Virus genome (UHGV): UHGV-0073937 | Direction: 5' to 3' (one strand) | From: a virus | DNA length: 22,825 nt | Shown here: positions 1 to 10,053 of the stretch, piece after piece | Layout of the letters: each line of letters begins with the position of its first letter | How positions within the stretch are numbered: the stretch's first letter is position 1 | Made by a program: the position numbers and the translations under genes | Notes under the pieces: generated by a model | Seen by the model: only the letters and a program-made list of their open reading frames with translations | What the model was told of the DNA's origin: nothing | The model's database searches: none

Positions 1-149
1 ATATATGATTTTCTTTTAAAATAATTACCCACATTTTTAATGTGTCTGTTTTTTAGCGCCGTTGAGAACAACGTTTGCTATAAAAACTACCCCATAGACT
101 CCGATCTTTTCAAACATATTGCACCATCTGTGTACATCGGGGTGAGGAT

Positions 150-365
150 ATGAAATCAATGGATAAGTTAACAACAGGTATCGCCTATGGCACATCGGCT
201 GGGAATGCTGGTTTCTGGGCATTGCAGTTACTCGATAAAGTAACTCCGTCACAGTGGGCTGCAATCGGTGTGCTGGGTAGTCTGGTTTTTGGCCTGCTGA
301 CGTATCTGACAAACCTTTATTTCAAGATTAAAGAAGACAGGCGTAAGGTTGCGAGAAGAGAGTAA
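150..365 (+). CDS. Phage holin, class II (S21/EssD-like), dual-start motif M-K-S-M
   Basis: 71 aa; N-terminal MKSMDKL dual-start; Gly/Ala-rich TM segments ([34 protein letters not shown]); charged C-terminus; SD GGTGAGGA upstream; directly precedes endolysin cassette. Confidence 0.85.
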   Translation: MKSMDKLTTGIAYGTSAGNAGFWALQLLDKVTPSQWAAIGVLGSLVFGLLTYLTNLYFKIKEDRRKVARRE

Positions 366-369
366 TCCA

Positions 370-714
370 ATGACACAAGACTATGAACTGGTTGTGAAAG
401 GAGTCCGCAATTTTGAGAATAAAGTGGCGGTAACTGTAGCCTTACGGGACAAAAAACGCTTTGACGGTGAAATTTTTGACCTGGACATCTCGCTGGACCG
501 TGTTGAAGGTGCCGCGCTGGAGTTTTATGAGGCAGCAGCCAGAATGAGAATCAGACAGGTATTCCTGGATGTTGCTGCCGGGTTATGTGTAGGGGATGAG
601 CAGTCGCCGGAAAAGCGCCCCATAATTTTAGAGGCGCAGAATGTGTGGATAACCTACAAAGGAAAGCCACCAGGAAGAATTACTGATTCTCTGAAGACTC
701 CACCGAAATGGTAA
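370..714 (+). CDS. Hypothetical protein, DUF1327/YdfR-like (lysis-cassette insert)
   Basis: ORF between holin and endolysin as in Qin-type prophages; ATG at 370 (track ORF begins at TTG 349); N-terminus MTQDYELVVKGVRNFENKV resembles YdfR from memory. Confidence 0.5.
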   Translation: MTQDYELVVKGVRNFENKVAVTVALRDKKRFDGEIFDLDISLDRVEGAALEFYEAAARMRIRQVFLDVAAGLCVGDEQSPEKRPIILEAQNVWITYKGKPPGRITDSLKTPPKW

Positions 715-952
715 TTTTACCAGCATATTTTTCTTCCAGTAATGCCGCCAGCCACTTGAAAGAATTTTGTTGTTCCTGGGACCATTTGGGGTTGCGTGAT
801 TCAAGCAGGAGCGATGCCAGTGTTGGTTGCATTTGTTCTCTGGGAATTGATAAGGCCAAATATGAAAATGCAACAGTGAGGGCATTTACATCATCCCGAA
901 GCTTTGAAATGCAGTCGAGCAACTCCTGTAGAGAAATGGTGTTATTGTCCAT
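680..952 (-). CDS. Hypothetical protein (possible moron, antisense between ydfR-like gene and endolysin)
   Basis: 90-aa ORF with good SD (AAGAGGA, 7-nt spacer) upstream of ATG at 952; non-repetitive helical-looking sequence; 3' end overlaps 370..714 convergently. Confidence 0.4.
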   Translation of the reverse strand: MDNNTISLQELLDCISKLRDDVNALTVAFSYLALSIPREQMQPTLASLLLESRNPKWSQEQQNSFKWLAALLEEKYAGKITISVESSENQ

Positions 953-1057
953 AAATAATCCTCTTGATTGTCTTTACCTTTTCCCCGCCTGATTCAACAG
1001 GCCGGGACAGATAAACATATCCAGGGTTCAGAAACCGATAAATCCTGATAAATATCC

Positions 1058-2079
<1,022 letters not shown>

Positions 2080-2099
2080 ATGTAGATTAACATTAAATC

Positions 2100-2447
2100 G
2101 GATTATTTTTAGTGCTGAATGTGAAATTTAAATAAAAAGGACTCTTCCATGAGTCAAAATCCTTGAAATCTTAAGGGTAAGATAAAAGGTCATTAGACAG
2201 AATGACACGTTTTATTAATAAATAAAGCTATTGTTTCATTCGTGTGTTTTTCTTTACAAAAGTAATCCTTGCTATGGTTGGTTAATCATGCGTTAATGGT
2301 GTTCTGGTTTGTTACAAAATTATCTGAAGCAGTCATTGTTATAATTTTATTATTTGTACCTCTTGAGATTTCCTTGTTGGTTTTTCTCTCTGATATTTTT
2401 TTCGGACCATTCTGCCCAAGGGCTAACTTCTTCAAAAGGTAATAATG
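2100..2447 (+). promoter_or_regulatory. AT-rich promoter and long 5' leader of the cold-shock gene
   Basis: ~350 bp AT-rich non-coding stretch directly upstream of csp ORF, consistent with long csp-family 5' UTRs; no explicit -35/-10 assigned. Confidence 0.35.
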
Positions 2448-2660
2448 ATGTCTAACAAAATGACTGGTTTAGTGAAATGGTTTAACCCTGAAAAAGGTTT
2501 TGGTTTCATCACGCCGAAAGATGGTAGCAAAGATGTGTTTGTCCATTTCTCAGCTATTCAGAGCAACGATTTCAAAACGTTAACTGAGAATCAGCAAGTC
2601 GAATTTGGTATTGAGAACGGACCTAAAGGCCCCGCGGCTGTTCATGTAGTGGCACTTTGA
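2448..2660 (+). CDS. cspI: Cold-shock protein, CspI-like (CspA family, prophage-encoded)
   Basis: 70 aa [38 protein letters not shown]...; RNP1 motif KGFGFI and RNP2-like VFVHF; SD AAAAGG 7 nt upstream. Confidence 0.9.
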   Translation: MSNKMTGLVKWFNPEKGFGFITPKDGSKDVFVHFSAIQSNDFKTLTENQQVEFGIENGPKGPAAVHVVAL

Positions 2661-2865
2661 GGTAGAAAATATTACAAACCATATTCACTTTAGATGCCCG
2701 TGTTGCCATGGTTCTCAGTATAGAACATCATCTTTTGATGTTTCTGACAGGAATCCTTTCGGGGCAAAATGTATCTTTTGTAAATCAATGATGATTACAT
2801 TTGATAATATTTCACAATACTTAAATGTTAGCCGTCTGTCGTTAGATTTAAGAAAGTGAAAATGA

Positions 2866-2887
2866 AGGCTCCTTCGGGAGCTTTTTT
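2866..2887 (+). terminator. Rho-independent terminator (GCTCC-TTCG-GGAGC + T6)
   Basis: GC stem with TTCG tetraloop followed by TTTTTTG. Confidence 0.65.
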
Positions 2888-2931
2888 GCTTAGTGTCTAG
2901 TCGATGGATACTCACATATTACGGTAACATC

Positions 2932-3162
2932 ATGAAAAAAATAATAGTTTTTTTTAACTCTGAACCAGCAATGGTAGTGCCAGTGATGACCGGAGTTAAC
3001 ACCATCATGCGTGAATATCCAAATGGCGAAACAACACATCTCACTGTAATGGCTGCAGGGTTTCCATCTCTGACCGGAGATCATAAAGTCATTTATGTAG
3101 CAGCGGATCGACATGTAACTTCAGAAGAAATTCTGGAAGCAGCAATGAGACTCTTGAATTGA
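2932..3162 (+). CDS. Hypothetical protein (position corresponds to ynfN-type gene of Qin-like prophages)
   Basis: 76-aa ORF from ATG 2932 (MKKIIVFF...); placement between csp and gns genes; no recognised motif. Confidence 0.4.
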   Translation: MKKIIVFFNSEPAMVVPVMTGVNTIMREYPNGETTHLTVMAAGFPSLTGDHKVIYVAADRHVTSEEILEAAMRLLN

Positions 3163-3331
3163 TTTCATTCTAATGCCTTGATAATAAAGGATAATCATCT
3201 TTATCTGTTTGTGCGAAATTTAGACTGTCGTATGTTGATTATTGCGATGTTTCATCTTATCTTTTATACGTTTGCTCCATATAATTGACACTACTGTGTA
3301 CCAGGAAAGTCATAACAGACTAAAAGAGGAA

Positions 3332-3508
3332 ATGATGAACATTGAAGAGTTAAAAACAAAAACAGAAGCAGATATTTCTGAATATATAACAAAAAAAATT
3401 ATTGAGCTTAAGAAAAAGACCGGGAAAGAAGTTACCAGTATCCAGTTTACTGCACGGGAAAAAATGACTGGTCTTGAAAGCTATGATATCAAGATTGATT
3501 TAATCTAG
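3332..3508 (+). CDS. gnsB: Gns family protein (GnsA/GnsB-like)
   Basis: 58 aa MMNIEELKTKTEADISEYITKKIIELKKKTGKEVTSIQFTAREKMTGLESYDIKIDLI matches Gns family from memory; SD AGAGGA upstream. Confidence 0.8.
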   Translation: MMNIEELKTKTEADISEYITKKIIELKKKTGKEVTSIQFTAREKMTGLESYDIKIDLI

Positions 3509-3803
3509 TATGTTTATAGTATTAGCATCAATTTCTTATCAGATGCTATTCAACAATACAATTTACCCATAAACCTCGTTTTTACGGGGTTTTGTTATAT
3601 TTAAACATTACCGAATAGATATAAATCTCGATAGTCGGTGGTATTGGTTGTGTGACAATACCTAGTCTTTCCGGTATGCCTGGAGAGAATACAAACGACA
3701 GATTATGTAAGGGAAACGCGCTGAAACTTTCACACTTTCATGCTGAGTGATTTGACGTTATATTTTTAGCCGCAAGTGAAGAGCAAACGCATGGAGCGAC
3801 AAA

Positions 3804-4010
3804 ATGCATAAAGATCCATACACTGATGACTCATCCTTGGATCAGGTCCGTGTAAAAACTATGCTCACTAGCACCATTTCTATGAGTTATCCGGATGTTG
3901 TAATTGCATGTATAGAACATCAAGTGTCTCTGGAAGCATTCAGGGCAATTGAGGCAGCGTTGGTGAAGCACGATAAGAATTCGAAGGATTATTCCCTGGT
4001 GGTTGACTGA
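3804..4010 (+). CDS. Hypothetical protein
   Basis: 68-aa ORF only; no recognised motifs. Confidence 0.3.
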   Translation: MHKDPYTDDSSLDQVRVKTMLTSTISMSYPDVVIACIEHQVSLEAFRAIEAALVKHDKNSKDYSLVVD

Positions 4011-4263
4011 TCGCCATAACTGCTAACCATTCAAACTATTTCACCTGTGACAGAGTCAATATCGCATTCTGTCACTGTCAGGCTAATACAGAACTACAAT
4101 TCAACTACTGCAATGCCTCGTAATTAGGTGAAGTTACAATATCGTCCTGTTCGGATGCCAACTGCATTTCTGAAGATAAGGCGTTTATGACTCACATATT
4201 TGTCCCACACGTTCGCCAGTCCTGTGCGGGGTGGGAGGGGAGGTAAAGAAACCGGGATATTCA

Positions 4264-4455
4264 TTATTCATCACTTTTGATTGATGTAGATGCTCTCTTT
4301 TCTGACGTTAGTCTCCGACGGCAGGCTTCAATGACCCAGGCTGAGAAATTCCCGGACCCTTTTTGATCAAGAGCGATGTTAATTTGTTCAATCATTTGGT
4401 TAGGAAAGCGGATGTTGCGGGTTGTTGTTCTGCGGGTTCTGTTCTTCGTTGACAT
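4264..4455 (-). CDS. Small ribbon-helix-helix-like DNA-binding protein (YlcI/DUF3950-like)
   Basis: MSTKNRTRRTTTRNIRFPNQMIEQINIALDQKGSGNFSAWVIEACRRRL: basic N-terminus, RHH-like beta-strand + helices; ORF track offers longer version to 4584 (no SD); sits adjacent to cos as ylcI sits next to nohD in DLP12. Confidence 0.55.
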   Translation of the reverse strand: MSTKNRTRRTTTRNIRFPNQMIEQINIALDQKGSGNFSAWVIEACRRRLTSEKRASTSIKSDE

Positions 4456-4624
4456 GAGGTTGTCCCGTATTCTGTGTCGCTGATTTGTATTGTCTGAAGT
4501 TGTTTTTACGTTAAGTTGATGCGGATCAATTAATACGATACCTGCGTCATAATTGATTATTTGACGTGGTTTGATGGCGTACACGCACGTTGTGATATGT
4601 AGATGATAATTATTATCATTTTGT

Positions 4625-4700
4625 GGGTCCTTTCCGGCGATCCGACAGGTTACGGGGCGGCGACCTCGCGGTTTTTCGCTATTTATGAGATTTTTTGAGG
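4625..4700 (+). other. cos: Lambda-type cos site 1 (cosQ-cosN, start of cosB); cosN GGGCGGCGACCT at 4655-4666
   Basis: Sequence CGACAGGTTACGGGGCGGCGACCTCGCGGTTTTTCGCTATTTATGA matches lambda cohesive-end region from memory; located ~220 bp upstream of Nu1-like gene. Confidence 0.85.
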
Positions 4701-4882
4701 GGGTGGTTGTTGTTTAATTGTTTGGTATATCTAATTGATAAGTAAGGTGAAAATAAAATAAATACAACAACCTTACGATGTGCTTTGATGTCATTAATGT
4801 GAAAAAATTAAATGATATCAAATGGTTTTGTAAAAACACATGGTTGTTGTATCGCTTTTTATCGATGACTTATGGAGAGGAG

Positions 4883-5389
4883 ATGGCCTTTTTATTGAAT
4901 AAAAGTGATATGGCCTCCTCCATCGGTATCTCTGTTCAGGCATTTGATAAATGGGGCGTTCCTCCTGTCGAGCGTCGGGGGAGGGAAGTTTTTTATGACG
5001 TTAAAACTGTACTGGAGATAGATCGCGAGCGGCGACAACACAATCATAGAACACCTGATGACGGGGGCGATCTGGAGGAAAGGCTGCTTCGGGCCAGAGC
5101 TGAACTGACAGAAGAACAGGCCGTAGCTCAAAAACTTAAAAATCAGGTAACCGAAGGTAAGCTCATCGATTCAGACTTCTGCGTTTTCGCCCTCAGCAAG
5201 CTGGCGATGGCATTGTCCAGTACGCTTGATTCTATTCCGTTATCCATGCAGCGACAGTTCCCGGATTTAACGCCACGTCATCTTGACCATCTGAAAACCC
5301 TTATTGCGAAGGGCGCAAATCAGTGTGCGCGGGCAGGGGATAAATTACCGGATTTGCTGGATGAATATATCAGAGCAACAACTGAATAA
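4883..5389 (+). CDS. nu1: Terminase small subunit, lambda Nu1-like (NohA-like)
   Basis: 168 aa; N-terminal HTH region (ISVQAFDKWGVPPVERRGREVFYD) and C-terminal region (FCVFALSKLAMALSSTLDSIPLSMQRQFPDL) align with lambda Nu1; overlaps terL start. Confidence 0.9.
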   Translation: MAFLLNKSDMASSIGISVQAFDKWGVPPVERRGREVFYDVKTVLEIDRERRQHNHRTPDDGGDLEERLLRARAELTEEQAVAQKLKNQVTEGKLIDSDFCVFALSKLAMALSSTLDSIPLSMQRQFPDLTPRHLDHLKTLIAKGANQCARAGDKLPDLLDEYIRATTE

Positions 5390-7289
5390 TCTGATGGCTG
5401 CCGTTTCGGTTGCGCTGCAGCCTCTGGTCAGGGTTGTACCGATGACGGCAGTTGAATGGGCTGACCAGTATTATTATCTGCCGAAAGAATCCTCATACGG
5501 TGACGGCGAATGGAAAACGCTGCCGTTCCAGATCGCCATCATGAACAGTATGGGGAATGATCAGGTCCGCACTGTTAATCTGATTAAATCTGCCCGTGTT
5601 GGCTATACAAAGATGTTGCTGGGGGTGGTCGGGTATTTTATTGAGCATAAATCCCGAAACAGTCTGCTTTTTCAGCCCACGGATTCTGCCGCTGAAGATT
5701 TTATGAAGTCTCACGTGGAGACGACGATTAGGGACGTGCCATGCCTGAAAGACCTTTCCCCATGGCTGGGTCGTAAACATCGTGATAATACCCTCACGCT
5801 GAAACGCTTTTCATCGGGCGTCGGTTTCTGGTGCCTGGGCGGCGCTGCCGCCAAAAACTACCGTGAAAAATCCGTGGATGTGGTCTGCTATGACGAACTT
5901 TCCTCGTTCGAACCGGATGTTGAAAAAGAGGGTTCGCCAACCCTGCTGGGGGATAAACGTATTGAGGGCTCTGTATGGCCAAAATCCATTCGCGGCTCGA
6001 CGCCTAAAATCAAAGGCTCCTGCCAGATCGAAAAAGCCGCTAACGAGTCGGCACACTTCATGCGTTTTTATGTGCCCTGTCCGCACTGTGGGGAGGAGCA
6101 GTATCTGAAATTTGGCGATGATGCCTCGCCTTTCGGTCTTAAGTGGGAGAAGAATAAGCCAGAAAGTGTTTTCTACCTTTGTGAGCATCATGGCTGTGTG
6201 ATCCATCAGTCTGAGCTTGACCAGAGTAACGGGCGGTGGATCTGTGAAAACACGGGCATGTGGACCCGTGACGGCCTGATGTTTTTCAGCGCCCGGGGTG
6301 ATGAAATTCCGCCGCCGCGCTCCATCACTTTCCATATCTGGACGGCGTACAGTCCGTTCACCACCTGGGTACAGATAGTCTATGACTGGCTGGATGCACT
6401 GAAAGATCCCAACGGCCTGAAAACCTTTGTGAACACCACGCTGGGCGAGACCTACGAAGAGGCCGTGGGCGAAAAACTCGATCACCAGGTACTGATTGAT
6501 AAGGTCGTGCATTACACGGCGGCGGTGCCAGCCCGGGTGGTTTATCTGACGGCGGGCATTGACTCGCAGCGAAACCGTTTTGAGATGTATGTCTGGGGAT
6601 GGGCTCCGGGAGAGGAAGCCTTTCTGGTGGATAAAATCATCATTATGGGACGTCCCGATGAGGAAGAGACGCTGTTACGTGTGGATGCGGCGATCAACAA
6701 AAAATACCGCCATGCAGACGGAACCGAAATGACCATTTCCCGTGTCTGCTGGGACATCGGGGGTATCGATGGCGAAATCGTTTATCAGAGGTCAAAAAAA
6801 CACGGTGTTTTCCGGGTGCTGCCGGTAAAAGGCGCATCTGTCTATGGCAAGCCGGTGATCACCATGCCAAAAACCCGCAATCAGCGGGGCGTGTATCTGT
6901 GTGAAGTGGGGACAGACACCGCAAAAGAAATTCTCTATGCCCGTATGAAAGCCGAGCCCACGCCTGCGGATGAATCCACGTCGTATGCCATCCGTTTTCC
7001 TGATGATCCGGAGATTTTTTCGCAGACAGAGGCGCAGCAACTGGTCGCGGAAGAGCTTGTGGAGAAGTGGGAAAAAGGAAAGATGCGTCTGCTGTGGGAT
7101 AACAAAAAGCGGCGTAACGAAGCGCTGGACTGCCTGGTGTATGCCTACGCGGCATTACGTGTGTCCGTGCAACGCTGGCAGCTTGATCTGGCTGTACTGG
7201 CAAAATCCCGGGAAGAAGAGACGACCCGGCCAACCCTTAAAGAACTGGCAGCGAAGCTGTCCGGAGGAGTGAATGGTTACAGTCGCTGA
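5361..7289 (+). CDS. A: Terminase large subunit, lambda gpA-like
   Basis: 642 aa; extensive collinear similarity to lambda gpA (TAVEWADQYYYLPKES, KRIEGSVWPKSIRGSTPK, HFMRFYVPCPHCGEEQYLKFGD, TWVQIVYDW, YLTAGIDSQ, NKKRRNEALDC). Confidence 0.95.
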   Translation: MNISEQQLNNLMAAVSVALQPLVRVVPMTAVEWADQYYYLPKESSYGDGEWKTLPFQIAIMNSMGNDQVRTVNLIKSARVGYTKMLLGVVGYFIEHKSRNSLLFQPTDSAAEDFMKSHVETTIRDVPCLKDLSPWLGRKHRDNTLTLKRFSSGVGFWCLGGAAAKNYREKSVDVVCYDELSSFEPDVEKEGSPTLLGDKRIEGSVWPKSIRGSTPKIKGSCQIEKAANESAHFMRFYVPCPHCGEEQYLKFGDDASPFGLKWEKNKPESVFYLCEHHGCVIHQSELDQSNGRWICENTGMWTRDGLMFFSARGDEIPPPRSITFHIWTAYSPFTTWVQIVYDWLDALKDPNGLKTFVNTTLGETYEEAVGEKLDHQVLIDKVVHYTAAVPARVVYLTAGIDSQRNRFEMYVWGWAPGEEAFLVDKIIIMGRPDEEETLLRVDAAINKKYRHADGTEMTISRVCWDIGGIDGEIVYQRSKKHGVFRVLPVKGASVYGKPVITMPKTRNQRGVYLCEVGTDTAKEILYARMKAEPTPADESTSYAIRFPDDPEIFSQTEAQQLVAEELVEKWEKGKMRLLWDNKKRRNEALDCLVYAYAALRVSVQRWQLDLAVLAKSREEETTRPTLKELAAKLSGGVNGYSR

Positions 7290-7479
7290 ACTGCAGGCGC
7301 TGCGTCAGGCGCGCCTTGATTTATTAACCGGTAAACGGGTGGTGTCTGTCCAGAAAGATGGTCGCAGAATTGAATATACGGCTGCTTCTCTGGATGAGCT
7401 TAACCGGGCGATCAATGATGCGGAGTCGGTACTGGGGACAACCCGACGTCGCCGTCGTCCGCTGGGAGTGAGGTTATGA
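7273..7479 (+). CDS. W: Head-tail joining protein, lambda gpW-like
   Basis: 68 aa; LLTGKRVVSVQKDGRRIEYTAASL resembles lambda W; overlaps terL end and portal start as in lambda. Confidence 0.8.
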   Translation: MVTVAELQALRQARLDLLTGKRVVSVQKDGRRIEYTAASLDELNRAINDAESVLGTTRRRRRPLGVRL

Positions 7480-8348
7480 AACGAACGCCTGTCCTGATTG
7501 ATGTGAACGGTGTTCCGCTTCGTGAGAGTCTCAGCTACAACGGTGGCGGCGCAGGATTTGGCGGGCAAATGGCGGAGTGGTTGCCACCGGCGCAGAGTGC
7601 CGATGCGGCCCTGCTGCCCGCGTTGCGTCTGGGGAATGCCCGGGCAGATGATCTGGTGCGCAATAACGGAATAGCGGCTAATGCGGTTGCCCTGCATAAG
7701 GATCACATTGTCGGGCATATGTTTCTGATCAGCTACCGTCCGAACTGGCGCTGGCTGGGGATGCGGGAGACCGCAGCAAAAAGCTTTGTCGATGAGGTGG
7801 AGGCGGCCTGGTCGGAATACGCCGAAGGGATGTTTGGCGAGATCGACGTGGAAGGAAAACGCACGTTCACGGAATTTATCCGTGAAGGTGTGGGCGTTCA
7901 TGCGTTTAACGGCGAAATCTTTGTGCAGCCGGTCTGGGATACAGAAACCACGCAGTTATTCCGTACGCGTTTTAAAGCTGTGAGTCCGAAACGGGTGGAC
8001 ACGCCTGGACACGGTATGGGGAACCGTTTTCTGCGGGCCGGTGTGGAGGTCGATCGATATGGCCGTGCCGTCGCGTACCATATCTGTGAGGATGATTTTC
8101 CGTTCTCTGGTAGTGGACGATGGGAACGGATCCCGCGTGAACTTCCCACCGGGCGTCCGGCCATGCTGCATATTTTCGAGCCGGTGGAGGACGGGCAGAC
8201 CCGTGGGGCTAATCAGTTTTACAGCGTCATGGAACGGCTGAAGATGCTCGATTCCCTGCAGGCAACACAGCTTCAGTCGGCCATAGTGAAGGCGATTTAT
8301 GTCTATCATCTCACCGTAGTTGCCCGCATCGTTCGCCAACTCCACTGA
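7476..8348 (+). pseudogene. B: Portal protein (lambda gpB-like) N-terminal fragment, truncated by island insertion at ~8301
   Basis: First ~275 codons collinear with lambda gpB (GNARADDLVRNNG, FEPVEDGQTRGAN, QSAIVKA); after codon AIY the frame reads into unrelated sequence and stops at 8348. Confidence 0.85.
8289..8301. repeat. Left copy of 13-bp imperfect direct repeat (AAGGCGATTTATG) = putative att core (attL)
   Basis: Matches AAGGCGATGTATG at 18579-18591 (12/13); both copies lie exactly at the breakpoint in the portal reading frame. Confidence 0.65.
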
Positions 8349-8424
8349 AACCCTTGCTGCGTCTGGAATGTCGTTTTCCATACTTTTGATGACCGTTCAT
8401 CACCCTTCCAGTTTTTCGCGGTTT

Positions 8425-8478
8425 TGTGTATTGCAATGTGTATTGCAAATTGGCGATCGGGATGGGTGTGTATTGCAA
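8425..8478. repeat. Three copies of TGTGTATTGCAA (candidate integrase arm-type binding sites) upstream of int
   Basis: Perfect 12-mers at 8425-8436, 8437-8448, 8467-8478; two related copies (GTGTATTGCA) at 18483-18506 near other island end. Confidence 0.55.
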
Positions 8479-8496
8479 ATCTCTTGAGGGCTTTTA

Positions 8497-9738
8497 ATGG
8501 CTATTGAAAACAAACTCAGTGACAAACTGTTAAAGAGTCTTGTCGGAAAACGGCAGGACAAACAAAAAACAATAGCGGATGGGCGCGGGTTGTCTGTGCG
8601 TGTAAGCATGGTTGGGGGGATCAGCTTTGTTTTTTACTATCGTCTTGGTGGCAGGGAATCCCCTCCGGTATGGCTTACACTTGGTCGCTATCCTGACATG
8701 TCTCTTGCAACGGCCAGGCGCATGCGTGATCAGTGCCGTGAATGGCTGGCTGAAAATCTGGACCCCCGCAGGCAAATAAAACTTGCTGCCGAAAAAACTA
8801 TGCAACCAGTGACCGTAAGGGATGCGCTGTTTTACTGGTACGACAATCACGCCACAACAGCCAGAAAAGAGCATGAATATTTAATAAAACGATTTGAAAA
8901 GCATATCTTCCCCTATATCGGTGATATGGCTATAGAACAGTGCAAATTACACACATGGCTTACCGTCTTTGACAGGATCAAAAAAAATGCGCCTGTTATG
9001 TCTGGTGCAATTTTTCTTGATATCAAACAGGCGTTGCGTTTTTGTCGCGTCAGGCAATACATCGCGTGCGATCCCTTTGGAGATATTAACGTAAGTTATG
9101 TCGGGGGCTCATCCGGTATAAGGGATCGCGTTCTTAATATCAATGAAACCGCTGATGTATGGTCTTATGCTTACGGTAATAATTTGCTAACTCTGTCATC
9201 AATATATAACCGAAGAATAATGGTTATCTGCCTGGTGTTTGGTTGCCGACAGCAGGAGGCGAGGCTATCCACCTGGGACGAATGGGATTTAAAAAACTGG
9301 GTATGGACAGTCCCAAAAGAGCACAGCAAAAACAAGGAGGCTATAGTAAGGCCTGTTCCTGACGGAATAAAACAATGGATCGTTAATCTTTACGCAGAAA
9401 CAAAAAATCGCGGTTATGTTGTCGGTTGTGCTTTGCAAAGGGCGACAATAACAGGGGCTGCAAACAGAATATGCAGGCGTCTTGGTCATGATACTAATGG
9501 CTTGTGGTGCATACATGATTTCAGGCGCACATTTTCCACTACGCTTAATGATATGGGGGCGGATCCTTATATTGTCGAACTTCTTTTAGGTCATAAAGTG
9601 AAAGGGGTTGCTGGTGTTTACAATAAAAGCAGGCATATAAAGAAAAAACTTGAGGTGCTTAATATGTGGGTTAATTACCTTAATACGATAGCAGGATTTA
9701 ACAACAACGTTATCGAGCTTAATAAAGAGGTGGTGTGA
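8497..9738 (+). CDS. int: Tyrosine recombinase / integrase, P4-type
   Basis: 413 aa; N-terminal arm-binding-like region (GRGLSVRVS...GGISFVFYYR); C-terminal catalytic region with HDFRRTFST...LLGH...GVYNKS; adjacent to island boundary. Confidence 0.9.
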   Translation: MAIENKLSDKLLKSLVGKRQDKQKTIADGRGLSVRVSMVGGISFVFYYRLGGRESPPVWLTLGRYPDMSLATARRMRDQCREWLAENLDPRRQIKLAAEKTMQPVTVRDALFYWYDNHATTARKEHEYLIKRFEKHIFPYIGDMAIEQCKLHTWLTVFDRIKKNAPVMSGAIFLDIKQALRFCRVRQYIACDPFGDINVSYVGGSSGIRDRVLNINETADVWSYAYGNNLLTLSSIYNRRIMVICLVFGCRQQEARLSTWDEWDLKNWVWTVPKEHSKNKEAIVRPVPDGIKQWIVNLYAETKNRGYVVGCALQRATITGAANRICRRLGHDTNGLWCIHDFRRTFSTTLNDMGADPYIVELLLGHKVKGVAGVYNKSRHIKKKLEVLNMWVNYLNTIAGFNNNVIELNKEVV

Positions 9739-9739
9739 T

Positions 9740-9997
9740 ATGGCAATTTATTCTCTTGTTGATGAAAACGATTTGCGCACAATGAAGGACATTGATCGGT
9801 TCATTCGTGAAAAAGAGTGCATAGCACTTACCACGCTGGCAAACTCAACACGCTGGAAAATGGAGCAGGCAGGTAAATTCCCGCGACGTATCAAGATCGG
9901 TGAACGTGCTGCAGGGTATCGACTTTCAGAGGTTCAGGCATGGATCCGTGGTGAGTGGCATCCTGGATGGAAACCTGGAAAAACAAAACAGCAATAA
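9740..9997 (+). CDS. alpA: AlpA-family transcriptional regulator / excisionase-like protein
   Basis: 85 aa; HTH region IALTTLANSTRWKMEQAGKFPRRIKIGERAAGYRLSEVQAWI resembles AlpA/HTH_17; start ATG overlaps int stop (coupled). Confidence 0.7.
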   Translation: MAIYSLVDENDLRTMKDIDRFIREKECIALTTLANSTRWKMEQAGKFPRRIKIGERAAGYRLSEVQAWIRGEWHPGWKPGKTKQQ

Positions 9998-10010
9998 CCA
10001 GTAAATAATG

Positions 10011-10033
10011 CCCCTCATCACGAGGGGTTTTTT
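10011..10033 (+). terminator. Rho-independent terminator (CCCCTC-ATCAC-GAGGGG + T6)
   Basis: Perfect 6-bp GC stem then TTTTTTG immediately after alpA stop. Confidence 0.7.
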
Positions 10034-10053
10034 GTCTATAAGGTAAAAACGCG

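Noticed and set aside
2715-3114. Minus-strand ORFs 2715..2915 and 2890..3114
   Set aside because: Overlap the terminator hairpin and the plus-strand 2932..3162 ORF; AT-rich, no SD; likely chance ORFs.
5811-6512. 233-aa minus-strand ORF inside the large terminase gene
   Set aside because: Entirely antisense to a strongly supported gpA homologue; typical spurious antisense ORF in GC-rich coding sequence.
7305-7901. 198-aa minus-strand ORF across W and the portal start
   Set aside because: Antisense to two well-supported genes; Arg-rich nonsense-like sequence.
8400-8609. 69-aa minus-strand ORF overlapping the integrase start
   Set aside because: Translation is dominated by the TGTGTATTGCAA repeats (CNTH... 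repeats); an artefact of the arm-type repeat DNA.
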